Shown here one piece after another: positions 45,098 to 54,527 of a stretch of DNA of 64,000 nt. Under the pieces are notes generated by a model. The model saw nothing but the letters and a program-made list of their open reading frames with translations. It ran no database searches and was not told the DNA's origin. Source of the stretch: an uncultured Thermoplasmata archaeon. GTDB lineage: Archaea > Thermoplasmatota > Thermoplasmata > Lutacidiplasmatales > UBA184. Positions within the stretch are counted from its first letter, which is position 1. Every line of letters begins with the position of its first letter. A program made the translations under genes and the position numbers. The stretch is taken from NCBI GenBank assembly GCA_963787975.1, contig CAWBEU010000008.1, positions 221,583 through 285,582 on the forward strand, read 5' to 3'.

Positions 45098-46024
45098 TCA
45101 GGGGTTCCGAGGCGAGAAGGGCGAACCACCGGACCGTAGGTAGGCAACATAGGCGAGGAGCAGTTCCTTCGCCACCTGGGTCATTTGACCCAGTGATGCA
45201 GACGCCTGCCTGGCTCGTTCCAACTGGGTGTCGTAGTGAGCCACGTCGTAGTCGTTTCGGACGTCGGTGAGCGGTTGAACCTTCGACTTGTAGTAGTCCG
45301 CGCCGAGACCCAGTCGACGTCCGCGCTCATCGGTGGTGTCCCCTTTGGTTCGGTCACCAATGACCGCCGTCGCGGCCTTCCAGTAGTTGAGAAACGACTC
45401 GGAGTCGAACAGAACCGCTTGAATGGATTTGGGCGACTCGTCATCCCACGCACGTGAAACCGAGCTGTCCCTGAGGATCGCGCCGTGACGATAGTAGGTC
45501 AGCGCCTTCTCGAGTGTAGGATCCCGGAGGTTCGCAAGATCCACGCTCTCTCGGACCTTCTCCGACAGCTCACGGAGGTTGTACGCAGAGACTGTCCCGC
45601 CGATCTGCGCCGAACGAAGATGCTTCTGAGCGCCTTCGAGCTGCTGAAGCGATACGAGCTCGAAGTCGACCGGAGTATCGGTAAGCAGCGTCAGAGGTCT
45701 GCAAATCGCAATAGTGATGTCCCGCGCGAGATCCCACGGCGAATTCTTCACCGGGTCGTCCGAGTCGAACTCAACCGTCAGGTAGTTGTCCGTTAGGGCC
45801 GCACGCGCTCCGCGGACCTGTGATTCGACCTTGACCGCATCCTTGTCTTCCCGGTAGCGAGAAATGGTTCCCCAGCTCGTTTTCTCAAGGGTCGTGCTAT
45901 CGATCGAAGGGAAGGAGACAGTGGTCTCCCTTCCCGAGGGTTCTGCCGGAAAGACGATGGCGTCCTCGCCGGGAAGACCGAAGAGGTGGGTTGGGTGGAG
46001 AAAGAAAACGGCTCTGTACCTCAC
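45098..46024 (-). CDS. Hypothetical protein (308 aa) with C-terminal HEPN-like Rx6H motif
   Basis: Single long ORF in a visibly lower-GC stretch. RNDYDVAH is encoded at 45236-45259, inside a helical-looking C-terminal third. Confidence 0.55.
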   Translation of the reverse strand: MRYRAVFFLHPTHLFGLPGEDAIVFPAEPSGRETTVSFPSIDSTTLEKTSWGTISRYREDKDAVKVESQVRGARAALTDNYLTVEFDSDDPVKNSPWDLARDITIAICRPLTLLTDTPVDFELVSLQQLEGAQKHLRSAQIGGTVSAYNLRELSEKVRESVDLANLRDPTLEKALTYYRHGAILRDSSVSRAWDDESPKSIQAVLFDSESFLNYWKAATAVIGDRTKGDTTDERGRRLGLGADYYKSKVQPLTDVRNDYDVAHYDTQLERARQASASLGQMTQVAKELLLAYVAYLRSGGSPFSPRNP

Positions 46025-46301
46025 AGCTTAAGGCAGCTCCAACTAGCCAAGCGGCTCGCGTACTAAACCCATCTCCGCGGAAGGCGCGAAGCGACCTCGG
46101 GCGGGCGCGATCCGCCGGCAGCTGAGACGACGTGGCCATCGACCACTTCATGATCGAGAAAAAGAGGACCCGTTCTCAACAGGTGCGAAGATTAGTTTGG
46201 AACCGCGGAACGTCGGACCAGGCCCGACCGTCACGTGAAATAGAGCTGCGAGGTATGATGTCGAGGTCGTCGTCGGGGCTCGATGCGTTCCCGGACCTGA
46301 T

Positions 46302-46529
46302 TTGTCAATGGGATGGGGCCCAAGACAATCTGGGGGCGGGGAGTGGGTCAAGGAGACTCAGGCTGAGAAGGCCGACGATTACGTCCCTCCCATTCCTGAT
46401 AACCCGCCCCCGGAGGCGTCGACCGCCGACGTGCACCGGCGCAAGACCCTTTCCATCCGCCTCGTCGTGGTCGTCGCCCTCGTCGCGACCGCGGTTCTCG
46501 CAATCCTGCTGCTCGCAGGGATCCTCTGA
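46302..46529 (+). CDS. Possible small tail-anchored membrane protein (75 aa)
   Basis: Polar N-terminus followed by one hydrophobic helix (LSIRLVVVVALVATAVLAILLLAGIL). No other support. Confidence 0.3.
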   Translation: MSMGWGPRQSGGGEWVKETQAEKADDYVPPIPDNPPPEASTADVHRRKTLSIRLVVVVALVATAVLAILLLAGIL

Positions 46530-46570
46530 AACGGACGCGTTTCGGGTGATCAGAAGGGGACCGTTCTGCC

Positions 46571-46873
46571 TCAGGACCTCGCGTCCCCGGCGACGCGGGC
46601 GAGCACGCGGTCGAATAGTTGGTCCCGAGTGCCTTCCGTAGGCAGACCGTTCTCGCCGGATACTTCGACCAGCTCACGGTGGTCAAGGTACTCGACCGCT
46701 TCGGCGGGGTCAAAGTTCTCGAGGGCCAGGACCCGCTCGACGAGCTCTGCCTTCGTGCCGCCCGTCGGCTCTTCGTGTTCGTCACACAGCTCCCGGAGCT
46801 CTTCCGGGAGCAGGTATCGATCCAGAATATGACGGAGCAGCTTCTCGTCCATGAACCCGGGTAGCCCTCTCAC
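46571..46873 (-). CDS. Small acidic protein with two SAP-like helix-extended-helix motifs
   Basis: LRELCDEHEEPTGGTKAELVERVL and ELVEVSGENGLPTEGTRDQLFDRVL fit the SAP pattern (L..L....gL...G.K.eLi.Rl). The start may be the Met at 46852. Confidence 0.5.
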   Translation of the reverse strand: MRGLPGFMDEKLLRHILDRYLLPEELRELCDEHEEPTGGTKAELVERVLALENFDPAEAVEYLDHRELVEVSGENGLPTEGTRDQLFDRVLARVAGDARS

Positions 46874-47097
46874 GCCTTTTCGACTATCCTCGTTTCGGTC
46901 GGCGGGGCCGTTCCTGGAGGTCTCGGGGCCGGCCTCAAAACCAGCAGTTCAGTCACAACTTGTGGGACGCTTGGGGCCTCACTTCATCCTCCGAGGGGGG
47001 AATTGGGTCCCGTCAGAAACGGGCCCATTGATGGAAGGCGCTCGGCCGATGGCGGGACCTCAATTAGCGCAGGGGACCGAAGAGCTTCGGTGTGGTC

Positions 47098-48000
47098 CTA
47101 CCTTGTCGGCCTCGGCGCCGATGCTCGATCGACCGCAGCGAACTCCTCTTCGCTGAGGTCCAACGAGAGAGCGCCTGCGTTCTCGCGAACGTGGTCGGGC
47201 CTGGTCGCTCCCGGGATCGGGATTACATGATGGTCTCGCTTCAAAAGCCAGGCGAGCGCCACCTGGGCAGTAGTTGCGTTGTGAGCCCCCGCCACCTGTC
47301 GTAGCGTGCCAGCAAGGGCCGACCGATCAGAACCTCGGGCCGAGTCAGAGACGACCGCTCCTCCGCCGATCGGCCGGTAGGCGACCAGTGCCACGTCCAT
47401 CTGGCGGCAGGCGTCGAGGACTCCATCGGTCTCGGGAGTGCGATGCAGGAGGCTATACTGAACCTCGTTGGCCGCGAGCGGTATGCCTTCGCGAGCCAGC
47501 GCGTCGGCCGCCTCGCGCATCTGCGCCACGTTGCAGTTGCTGACTCCCACGGCCCGGATCTTCCCGGCCTTGACGGACTTCGCCATCTGCCTCATCCACG
47601 TGTCCATACCGAGCATGGAGTAGGGGAAGTGCAGGTAGTACAGGTCGAGCGAGCCGCGGCCCAGTCGCTTCAGCGTCTTCTCCAGCGCCGAGACGAACCG
47701 GGCCGGGGTGACGCGATAGGGGAGCGGGGCGAACTTGCTGGCCACGAGGATCGGCCGGCCATCTGCTCGGGCAGCCTGGCCTATGGCTGACTCCGATTGG
47801 CCGAAGCCGTAGACCTCGGCGGTGTCGAAGAAGCCTACCCCTGCATCAATCGCCGCAGCCAACGTGTCCCTGAGGCGGGCCTGCTTCGACGCGTCGGTAT
47901 TCCACCGGTTAGTGCCGACTCCAAGCGCTGGCACCTTGATGCCCGATCTGCCAAGCGGCCGTTCGGTTGCTGATTGGAAGTCTGATGTCTGTTCGCCCAT
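47098..48000 (-). CDS. Aldo/keto reductase
   Basis: ATG 48000 (MGEQTSDF). Motifs LGRSGIKVPALGVGT, FFDTAEVYGFGQSE, LDLYYLHFP, GKIRAVGVSN, NEVQYSLL. Confidence 0.85.
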   Translation of the reverse strand: MGEQTSDFQSATERPLGRSGIKVPALGVGTNRWNTDASKQARLRDTLAAAIDAGVGFFDTAEVYGFGQSESAIGQAARADGRPILVASKFAPLPYRVTPARFVSALEKTLKRLGRGSLDLYYLHFPYSMLGMDTWMRQMAKSVKAGKIRAVGVSNCNVAQMREAADALAREGIPLAANEVQYSLLHRTPETDGVLDACRQMDVALVAYRPIGGGAVVSDSARGSDRSALAGTLRQVAGAHNATTAQVALAWLLKRDHHVIPIPGATRPDHVRENAGALSLDLSEEEFAAVDRASAPRPTR

Positions 48001-48045
48001 CGTTGATGTCCTCCGCTGTCGGGACCCGATTAAGTGGTCCACTCT

Positions 48046-48255
48046 CTATGAAAGCTGTAGCTGGTTGTGCTCTTCGGTCCAGGCGCTCGAGCACTCTGCA
48101 GGGCGGAGCATGCCAAGGGCACTGTGGAGCCTTGCATAGTTGTACTCGTCTCGCCGGTCCTCAACAAGGACCTTGGCTTCGAGCAGTGAGCCGAACTGAC
48201 AGATGTTCAATAGCTCGCCCAGGAGCCTGCCGTTAGAGTTTCGTGTTCGTCGCAC
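48046..48255 (-). mobile_element. Remnant of a DDE (rve/IS3-IS481-like) transposase C-terminus
   Basis: NGRLLGELLNICQFGSLLEAKVLVEDRRDEYNYARLHSALGMLRPAE matches the conserved tail of integrase-core transposases (..NG.lR.E.Ln...F.sl.EA...iE.WR..YN..RPHSaLG..tP.E). No catalytic core lies upstream. Confidence 0.6.
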
Positions 48256-48401
48256 GCGACCTTGATGCGGAAGCGCGCGGCCGATGACCCGACCGCAATC
48301 AGCGTCCGCGATCGGGAACCGCCTATGGGTGGGAAACCCACCCCTTTCCGTACGTCCCGCGGCCTGATTGTCCGCGGTAGGGATTTCCCAAGAAGTTCAG
48401 G

Positions 48402-48486
48402 TGCGGGGAGAGGGATTTGAACCCACGAACTCCTACGAGACCAGACCCTGAATCTGGCGCCTTTGACCAAGCTGGGCGATCCCCGC
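48402..48486 (-). tRNA. tRNA-Leu (anticodon CAG), long variable arm, no encoded CCA
   Basis: Folded by hand: GCGGGGA/UCCCCGC acceptor, anticodon stem CCAGA/UCUGG, loop UUCAGGG, variable arm UCUCGUAGGAGUUC, T-arm GUGGG-UUCAAAU-CCCUC (one U-U mismatch). A TATA-like TTTCATATCC lies ~25 nt upstream. Confidence 0.85.
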
Positions 48487-48575
48487 GCGACCTCCGCGTA
48501 TCGTTGACGGATATGAAAGCGACGCTAGAGGCGAGCCGTCTTCTTCCCACGGCGAGACGGCACGGGAAGGGCGAC

Positions 48576-49184
48576 TCACATCTCCTTTTCGAAATCCAGT
48601 ATCGTCGCGAACATTGAGGAGAAGAGATGGTTGGACCCGGGATTAAGCTCGAGCTCCCATACATCCCGGACGGCGAGGATCTTGTGCCGTACATGTCCCA
48701 TCTCGCGCCCATCGGGGCCCACAATCTCGTACGTTCGTCGAAGGATGCTCCCCTTGGTGGTCATGAGGGGCTGGCCTGCCGGGGCCACCCACGTGGCCGT
48801 TAGCCCCCCCATGAGGCTGCGCTTCAGCTCGATCATCCCTACCGACGTTCCGAGGAACGGGTCGACCACTTGGAACTGGGAATGATTCCCGCCCCCGGTC
48901 TTTCGGATCTCGAATCCCACGTTGCCAGCGGGGTCCTTCACCTTGTAGGTGTAGTTCACGCTCCGAGCCGCATACCGCCCGAGGTAGCCTCCGATGGCCC
49001 CTTCCAACATCTTGCCCTGCATGTTCTGGCCCGAGTCGAGTCCGATGCGGCAGAGGACCGTTTGACTCGGGTCCATCACATCGTAGTTCTTCCCGAAGGA
49101 AAGGATCTGCATTTTCATCACCAAGCTCGGCTGGTTGGACAGCGTTTGCATGATGTTCTGCGCCACGGGGTTGAGTCCGGCCAT
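48576..49184 (-). CDS. LURP-one-related/DUF567 (tubby-C/scramblase-like fold) family protein
   Basis: 202 aa. Pattern ...KMQILSFGKNYDVMDP..., ...HKILAVRDVWELELNPG... resembles DUF567 repeats. Call is by eye. Confidence 0.5.
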   Translation of the reverse strand: MAGLNPVAQNIMQTLSNQPSLVMKMQILSFGKNYDVMDPSQTVLCRIGLDSGQNMQGKMLEGAIGGYLGRYAARSVNYTYKVKDPAGNVGFEIRKTGGGNHSQFQVVDPFLGTSVGMIELKRSLMGGLTATWVAPAGQPLMTTKGSILRRTYEIVGPDGREMGHVRHKILAVRDVWELELNPGSNHLFSSMFATILDFEKEM

Positions 49185-49292
49185 GCGAGTGGAACCGGCC
49201 CGGCCTACATGTGTCTTCTGAGCCGTCGGACCAGCCAGGAAACGGGCTCCGTGTAGGGAAATAGGCCCAACGGGAGCCGGGTGGCGGAGGGC

Positions 49293-50111
49293 CTATGAGC
49301 GCACGGCGGCGACGGGTGCGGTCGCTTTCTTCGCAGCGTCCAAGACCTGCACCGCCTCCCGGACGGTGGCCTTCTCGTGGACGATCGCTCGGATGGCCTT
49401 CATCATCGCGACGGGGTGGTCGGATTGCCAGATGTTGCGGCCCATATCCACGCCGACGGCCCCTTTCTCGATGGCACCGGCACAGAGCTCGAGAACGGAT
49501 TGGTCCGTGTCGAGCTTCGGGCCGCCGGCGACGACCAACGGCACCGGACAGCCTTCTGCGACCTTCTCGAAATTCTCGCAGTAGTAGGTCTTGACCAAGT
49601 GGGCGCCGAGCTCGGCGGATACCCGACACGCGAGGGAGAGGTACCGGGCGTCGCGCTTTTCGAGCTCCTTCCCCACCGCCGTGATCGCCATGACCGGCAT
49701 GCCGAGGGCCTCCCCCTCATCGACGAGTTCGGCGAGGGAGACGAGGGATTGGTGCTCGTGCGGGGCCCCGACAAACACGGAGAGGGCCACGGCCGACACG
49801 TTGAGCCGAAGCGCCTCCTCCATCGAGGTGGTGATCGCCTCGTCACTGAGATCCTCCTTGAGCACGGTGACGCCGCCGGAAACACGCAGGACGACGGGCA
49901 CGTCGGTGGTCGCGGGGATGGAGCTTCGGAGGATCCCTCGAGTGACGGCGATGGCATCGGCGAAGGGGAGCAACGGGGCCAGGGTCGACCGGGGGTTCTC
50001 GATCCGCCGGGTCGGTCCCATGAAGTAGCCGTGGTCAGCGGCGAGCATCACCGTGTGGCCGGTGCGAGGCTTGATGAAGCGGGCCATCCGGTTCTGTAGT
50101 CCCCAGTCCAT
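49293..50111 (-). CDS. Class I aldolase of the DhnA/LsrF/ADH-synthase family (COG1830)
   Basis: ATG 50111 (MDWGLQNRMARFIKPRTGHTVMLAADHGYFMGP). Motifs VVLRVSGG, AHLVKTYY (Schiff-base Lys region), VVAGGPK, GVDMGRNIWQ. Confidence 0.8.
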   Translation of the reverse strand: MDWGLQNRMARFIKPRTGHTVMLAADHGYFMGPTRRIENPRSTLAPLLPFADAIAVTRGILRSSIPATTDVPVVLRVSGGVTVLKEDLSDEAITTSMEEALRLNVSAVALSVFVGAPHEHQSLVSLAELVDEGEALGMPVMAITAVGKELEKRDARYLSLACRVSAELGAHLVKTYYCENFEKVAEGCPVPLVVAGGPKLDTDQSVLELCAGAIEKGAVGVDMGRNIWQSDHPVAMMKAIRAIVHEKATVREAVQVLDAAKKATAPVAAVRS

Positions 50112-50210
50112 CGTGGTCCCCGCTGCCGATAGTCGGGACGATTCCTTAAAGCCGTTTCCGAGGAGCACGATGTGGTCCGTTCCCGGCCGGGCCGTCGATG
50201 ATTCCGTCGG

Positions 50211-50714
50211 TTAAGTGGGTCGGGCCGAGAGCGGAACCCGCCGGTCTTCCTTCACCCGGTTCAGCACGACCTGGGTACTGGTCCGCTCCACATAGGGGTC
50301 CTGGAGGGTGTGTTTGACGAACCGGTCCAGGTCTCGCCGGTCCCGGAACCGTCCGATGATGAGGGCATCGAAATCCCCGGTAACATCGTAGATGGCGTAG
50401 GCCCGGGGGTCCTTGGCCAGCCGCTCCTCCACCTCCCGGAGCTTTCCCTTCAGGATGCGGATCCCGATCGTCGCCCAGAGATCCCATCCGAGCAGCTCGT
50501 CATCGAGGAGCGGAATGTATCCGCGGACAATCCCGAGCTTCTCGAGTCGCTCGAGACGATGGCTGATCGTCGTGGGGGAGACGTGGAGACGCCGGGCGAT
50601 TTCCCGATCGCTCCGCCGGGCATTGATGTTGAGCTCCTGCAGCAGCGAGCGGTCGAGGTCATCCACGGCGGACGATTGACCCATGGAATACCCCATTGAG
50701 GTTACTATGTCCAT
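50211..50714 (-). CDS. Lrp/AsnC-family transcriptional regulator
   Basis: Motifs LDRSLLQELNINARRSDREIARRLHVSPTTISHRLERLEKLGIVRGY, followed by a RAM/ACT-like domain. Divergent from glnA. The start may be 50696 or 50684. Confidence 0.85.
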   Translation of the reverse strand: MDIVTSMGYSMGQSSAVDDLDRSLLQELNINARRSDREIARRLHVSPTTISHRLERLEKLGIVRGYIPLLDDELLGWDLWATIGIRILKGKLREVEERLAKDPRAYAIYDVTGDFDALIIGRFRDRRDLDRFVKHTLQDPYVERTSTQVVLNRVKEDRRVPLSARPT

Positions 50715-50842
50715 TCAATATTTCCCTCTTGGGATGATTGTCCAGTTCCATTGGCGCAGGGTTGATGTAGCGAAGCGCGGTCGGAGGGGGCGAGGACGGC
50801 ATGTCGGGGGCGGTCGGGTCGAGTGGCGGGGCGGGAACGACG

Positions 50843-52285
50843 ATGACAGAGGCACGCGGCGCGGAGATCCTCGCGGACCTGCGGGCGCACAAGCTCCGAT
50901 GGGTGGAGATCTTCTACACCGATATTCTGGGCGGGTTCAACCACCTCCATATGCCGGTCGACGCGCTCGAGCCCGACTCGTTCGTGACCGGGATCCCGAA
51001 GCTGGACGGCTCCTCGGTCCGCGGGTTCCGAGAGATTTACGAATCCGACATGGTTCTGCTCCCCGATCCGACCACCTTCGCGACCCTTCCGTGGGGCAGC
51101 GCCGGCTCCGGAAGCGCTCGCTTCATTGCCGACATCCTCGAGGGCGGTAGCCGTGCGCCCTATCCGCGGGACCCGCGAGGGATCGCCCGCCGGACCGTGC
51201 AGGTGCTCGAGTCGGCCGGATACGACCGGTCCTTCTGGGGGCCGGAGATCGAGTTCTTCGTTTTCGACGGCGTCCGGTTGATCCCTTCCGCCGTCGCGGT
51301 CCGCGACGCCTGGAGCGGCGCGGGGTATCTGATCGACAGCTCCGAGGCGCCGTGGCAGGAACAGGATGGCCTCGGCTCGATCCGGTTCAAGGAGGGGTAC
51401 CACCGGAGTGCCCCCGCCGACCAACTGCAAGATCTGCGAAGCGAGATGTGCAACATTCTGATGGACAATTTCCACATCAAGGTCGATGCGCACCACCACG
51501 AAGTGGGTACAGCGGGCCAAGCGGAGATCAACATCCGGTATGACGACCTGATCCCGGCCGCCGACCATGTGCAGGACGTCAGGTTCGTCATCAAGAACGT
51601 CGCGCGGCAGCACGGGAAGGTCGCGACCTTCATGCCGAAGCCCGTCTTCGGCGACAACGGCCTCGGTCTCCATACGAACCAGTCGCTCTGGACCAATGGA
51701 ACGAACGTCTTCTATGACGCGTCCGATCCCTACGCCGAGATCAGTCAGACCTGTCGATACTACATCGGGGGCCTTCTGGAGCACGCGCGCGGGCTCTGCG
51801 CGATCACGAACCCGATCACGAACTCGTACCGGCGGCTCGTGCCGGGATACGAAGCGCCGGTGTTCATCGCCTACAGCAAATCGAACCGGTCGGCCAACGT
51901 CCGGATTCCGTACTATCTGAAGGGACACCCGTCAGCCAAGCGGTTGGAGTACCGGACACCGGATTCCTCCTCGAACATCTACCTCGTCGAAGCGGCGCTC
52001 GCGTTGGCGGGCCTCGACGGGATCAAGCGCAAGATCGATCCGGGCAACCCCGTGGACACGGACATCTACAAACTCACCCCGGAGAAGCGCAAGGAGCTGG
52101 GCATCCGAGAACTGCCCGGATCGCTAGGGGAGGCCCTCGACTGCCTCGCGTCGGACCATGCCTTCCTGGCTCCGGTCTTCGCGAAGTCGTTCCTCGAGAC
52201 CTATCGGGAGCTCAAGATGGACGAGCAACTGCAGCTCAACCTGCGGCCTCACCCGTACGAGTTCTACCGGTACCTGGATGTCTAA
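50843..52285 (+). CDS. glnA: Glutamine synthetase, type I
   Basis: ATG 50843 (MTEARGAEILADLR). Motifs FTDILGG-like YTDILGGF, DGSSVRGF, FGPEIEFFVF, HHHEVGTAGQAEI, MPKPVFGDNGLGLHTNQSLW, NSYRRLVPGYEAP. Confidence 0.9.
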   Translation: MTEARGAEILADLRAHKLRWVEIFYTDILGGFNHLHMPVDALEPDSFVTGIPKLDGSSVRGFREIYESDMVLLPDPTTFATLPWGSAGSGSARFIADILEGGSRAPYPRDPRGIARRTVQVLESAGYDRSFWGPEIEFFVFDGVRLIPSAVAVRDAWSGAGYLIDSSEAPWQEQDGLGSIRFKEGYHRSAPADQLQDLRSEMCNILMDNFHIKVDAHHHEVGTAGQAEINIRYDDLIPAADHVQDVRFVIKNVARQHGKVATFMPKPVFGDNGLGLHTNQSLWTNGTNVFYDASDPYAEISQTCRYYIGGLLEHARGLCAITNPITNSYRRLVPGYEAPVFIAYSKSNRSANVRIPYYLKGHPSAKRLEYRTPDSSSNIYLVEAALALAGLDGIKRKIDPGNPVDTDIYKLTPEKRKELGIRELPGSLGEALDCLASDHAFLAPVFAKSFLETYRELKMDEQLQLNLRPHPYEFYRYLDV

Positions 52286-52330
52286 ACGTCGCGGGCGAGC
52301 GGATAAACCCACTCGCCGTCCGCATCGGCG

Positions 52331-53890
52331 ATGGGGTCGCCGGTCGACCGGGCCTGGGTCAACGGCCGGGTGTTCACGGGGACCGGCTTCGCCGAAGGGT
52401 TCCTGGTCGAAGGCGGTGAGGTTCGGGTGGTCGGCCCCGACGACGCGGTGCGCCGGGCGAAGGGGGCCGGGAGCGAAGTGGCGGACCTTCGGGGGCGCCT
52501 CGTACTGCCCGGGTTGATTGACCTTCACCTGCACCTGACCGACACTCTTCTCGAGCGGGAGGGCGTTGACCTGCGGGGGGCGAGGAGCCGGGACGAGCTC
52601 GCGGAACGCGTCCGGAGCCGCCTGACTCCCGGTTCCTCCGCTCCGCTGGTCGGAGTCGGATGGGACTCGTCCCTCTGGCCCGATGGGCGGGATCCGACCC
52701 GGGACGAGCTCGACCGAATCTCGTCGGAGCAGCCGTTGATTCTCCTTCAAGTCAGCATGCACGCGGCGGTGCTGAACTCGAGAGCGCTGGTGGAGTTCGG
52801 GATAGATGAGACGGTGACCGACCCTCCCGGGGGCCGGTTGGGGCGAGATGGGGCGGGGCGGCTAAACGGCCTGCTCTATGACTCAGCCCTCGACCGTCTT
52901 AGAACCTCGACCGCGAGCCAGCAGTGGGTCCGTGGGAACCTGCCCGCCTATCGGCGGTTGCTCGAACACGCGGCGGCACTGGGATTGACGACCATCTGTC
53001 CCGTCCTGGCAACCCCGGAGGAGGTCGACGCGGTGGCGACCCTCTCCGGGCAGGAGTTGCCGGTCCGGATGCGGTTCTACCTCGACCTCCGGAGCCTCGG
53101 TCGCTATGGCTCGTTGCCTACCCCTCGACCCGACTCCGGCTGGCGGGTCACCGGGGTCAAGGCGATCACCGATGGCGCGTTCGGGACCCGAACGGCCTGG
53201 CTCAGCGCGCCCTACACGGACGCGCCCGAAACGTCGGGATACCCCATCTGGGACGACGCTGAGCTGGAACAATCCCTCCAGAAAGCGAAGGAGCTCGGCC
53301 TGCCACCGGCGCTCCACGCCATCGGGGACCGGGCGATCGGCCGCGTCCTCACCCTGCTCGCGAAGCTGGAGACGGCGGGCATCCCCCGGGTCGAGCACGT
53401 TTCGCTGACGCCAGCGGCCCTCTGGCCCGCCCTCGCGAAAGTCCGTCCTCACTTGGTCATTCAACCCCATTTTGTGGAGACGGACCGCTGGGTGGTTCAG
53501 CGATTGGGTCCCGAGCGCGCCCGCTGGACGTACGCCTTCCGGACGCTCACGGACCAGGGCTTCCATCTCGGGGGAGCGAGCGATTCGCCGGTCGAACCGC
53601 TCGATCCGTGGACCGGCCTCCGCGCCGCGGTCTTTCGTGTTCCACAGTCGGAGTTCGGCCGCCTCACGTCGTCCGAGCGTTTAGCCCCGATCGAGGCCTT
53701 CCAACTGTACACGCGGAATGCCGGCCCTATCCTGGGAGAACCCGGGCTGGGACGTCTCGCCACCGGAGGCCCGGCCGATTTCGTGATCACGTCCACTCCT
53801 TCGCTCGACGCCGCCTTGGCCTCGGACCGAGCACCGGTCGTGGAAACCTGGGTGGGGGGCCGTCGAAGGTTCCCCGCGCCAGGGGCATAA
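52331..53890 (+). CDS. Amidohydrolase-family metal-dependent hydrolase (Amidohydro_3/YtcJ-like)
   Basis: 519 aa. Motifs VLPGLIDLHLHL, VSMHAAVLNS, HAIGDRA, VEHVSL, IQPHF, GGASDSPVEP. Confidence 0.8.
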   Translation: MGSPVDRAWVNGRVFTGTGFAEGFLVEGGEVRVVGPDDAVRRAKGAGSEVADLRGRLVLPGLIDLHLHLTDTLLEREGVDLRGARSRDELAERVRSRLTPGSSAPLVGVGWDSSLWPDGRDPTRDELDRISSEQPLILLQVSMHAAVLNSRALVEFGIDETVTDPPGGRLGRDGAGRLNGLLYDSALDRLRTSTASQQWVRGNLPAYRRLLEHAAALGLTTICPVLATPEEVDAVATLSGQELPVRMRFYLDLRSLGRYGSLPTPRPDSGWRVTGVKAITDGAFGTRTAWLSAPYTDAPETSGYPIWDDAELEQSLQKAKELGLPPALHAIGDRAIGRVLTLLAKLETAGIPRVEHVSLTPAALWPALAKVRPHLVIQPHFVETDRWVVQRLGPERARWTYAFRTLTDQGFHLGGASDSPVEPLDPWTGLRAAVFRVPQSEFGRLTSSERLAPIEAFQLYTRNAGPILGEPGLGRLATGGPADFVITSTPSLDAALASDRAPVVETWVGGRRRFPAPGA

Positions 53891-53923
53891 GCCCGCAGGA
53901 CTGGTGCAGGAGGGTTCAAGACG

Positions 53924-54496
53924 ATGAGTGCGGTCGCGCCCGTGCCGGCTTTCAAGACGTTCTCCCCGTCGATGCGCGTCGACGCCTTCCTCGGCGACTG
54001 GCGGGCCAACCTGCCGGTGGAGCTGACGCCGGAAGAACGAGAGGCCCAACTGTATGGAGAGGCCTGGCAGGAGTACCTGACCGGGGACTATGGGTTCGGA
54101 CTCTGGTGCTGGCACGAGACCGACCGGCTGACCAATTCGTTGGGTGGCGGCTTGAAGGAAGTGACCCGGGTGCTGGGGCCCGGCCGGTTTTTCGGATTCT
54201 CCCACCGGCGGGCGGTGGCAGAAAAGGTTCCGCTCGACCGGATCCATCGACCCCGCAAGGGCGAGATGAGCACTCCCCGGCCGGAGGCGATCGTGCTCGC
54301 CAACTATCAGCTGCTGTGCACGTATCTCGTCCACGCGAAGCTCGGGGACCCGAAAGCCAAGGCCCAGTACGAGATCGCCTTGCTGGACCTCGAGGACCGG
54401 CGTCGGACGGACCCCTATCTCAAGTTCTTCGAGACGTTCCGAGACCTCCTCGAGCGGTCTGCGAAAGCTCCGGTCGGTCCCGGGAAAGCCGGCTGA
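53924..54496 (+). CDS. Hypothetical protein (190 aa)
   Basis: Clean ORF with protein-like composition. No motif recognised. Confidence 0.5.
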   Translation: MSAVAPVPAFKTFSPSMRVDAFLGDWRANLPVELTPEEREAQLYGEAWQEYLTGDYGFGLWCWHETDRLTNSLGGGLKEVTRVLGPGRFFGFSHRRAVAEKVPLDRIHRPRKGEMSTPRPEAIVLANYQLLCTYLVHAKLGDPKAKAQYEIALLDLEDRRRTDPYLKFFETFRDLLERSAKAPVGPGKAG

Positions 54497-54527
54497 ATCG
54501 GTCTCGCCCGGTCCTTCCGAGGCATCG

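Noticed and set aside
48207-48470. 87-aa ORF bridging the transposase remnant and tRNA-Leu, considered as a possible extension of the transposase.
   Set aside because: Its translation lacks DDE-core motifs, and it overlaps the tRNA gene. The recognisable transposase similarity is confined to the ~55 C-terminal residues at 48046-48255.
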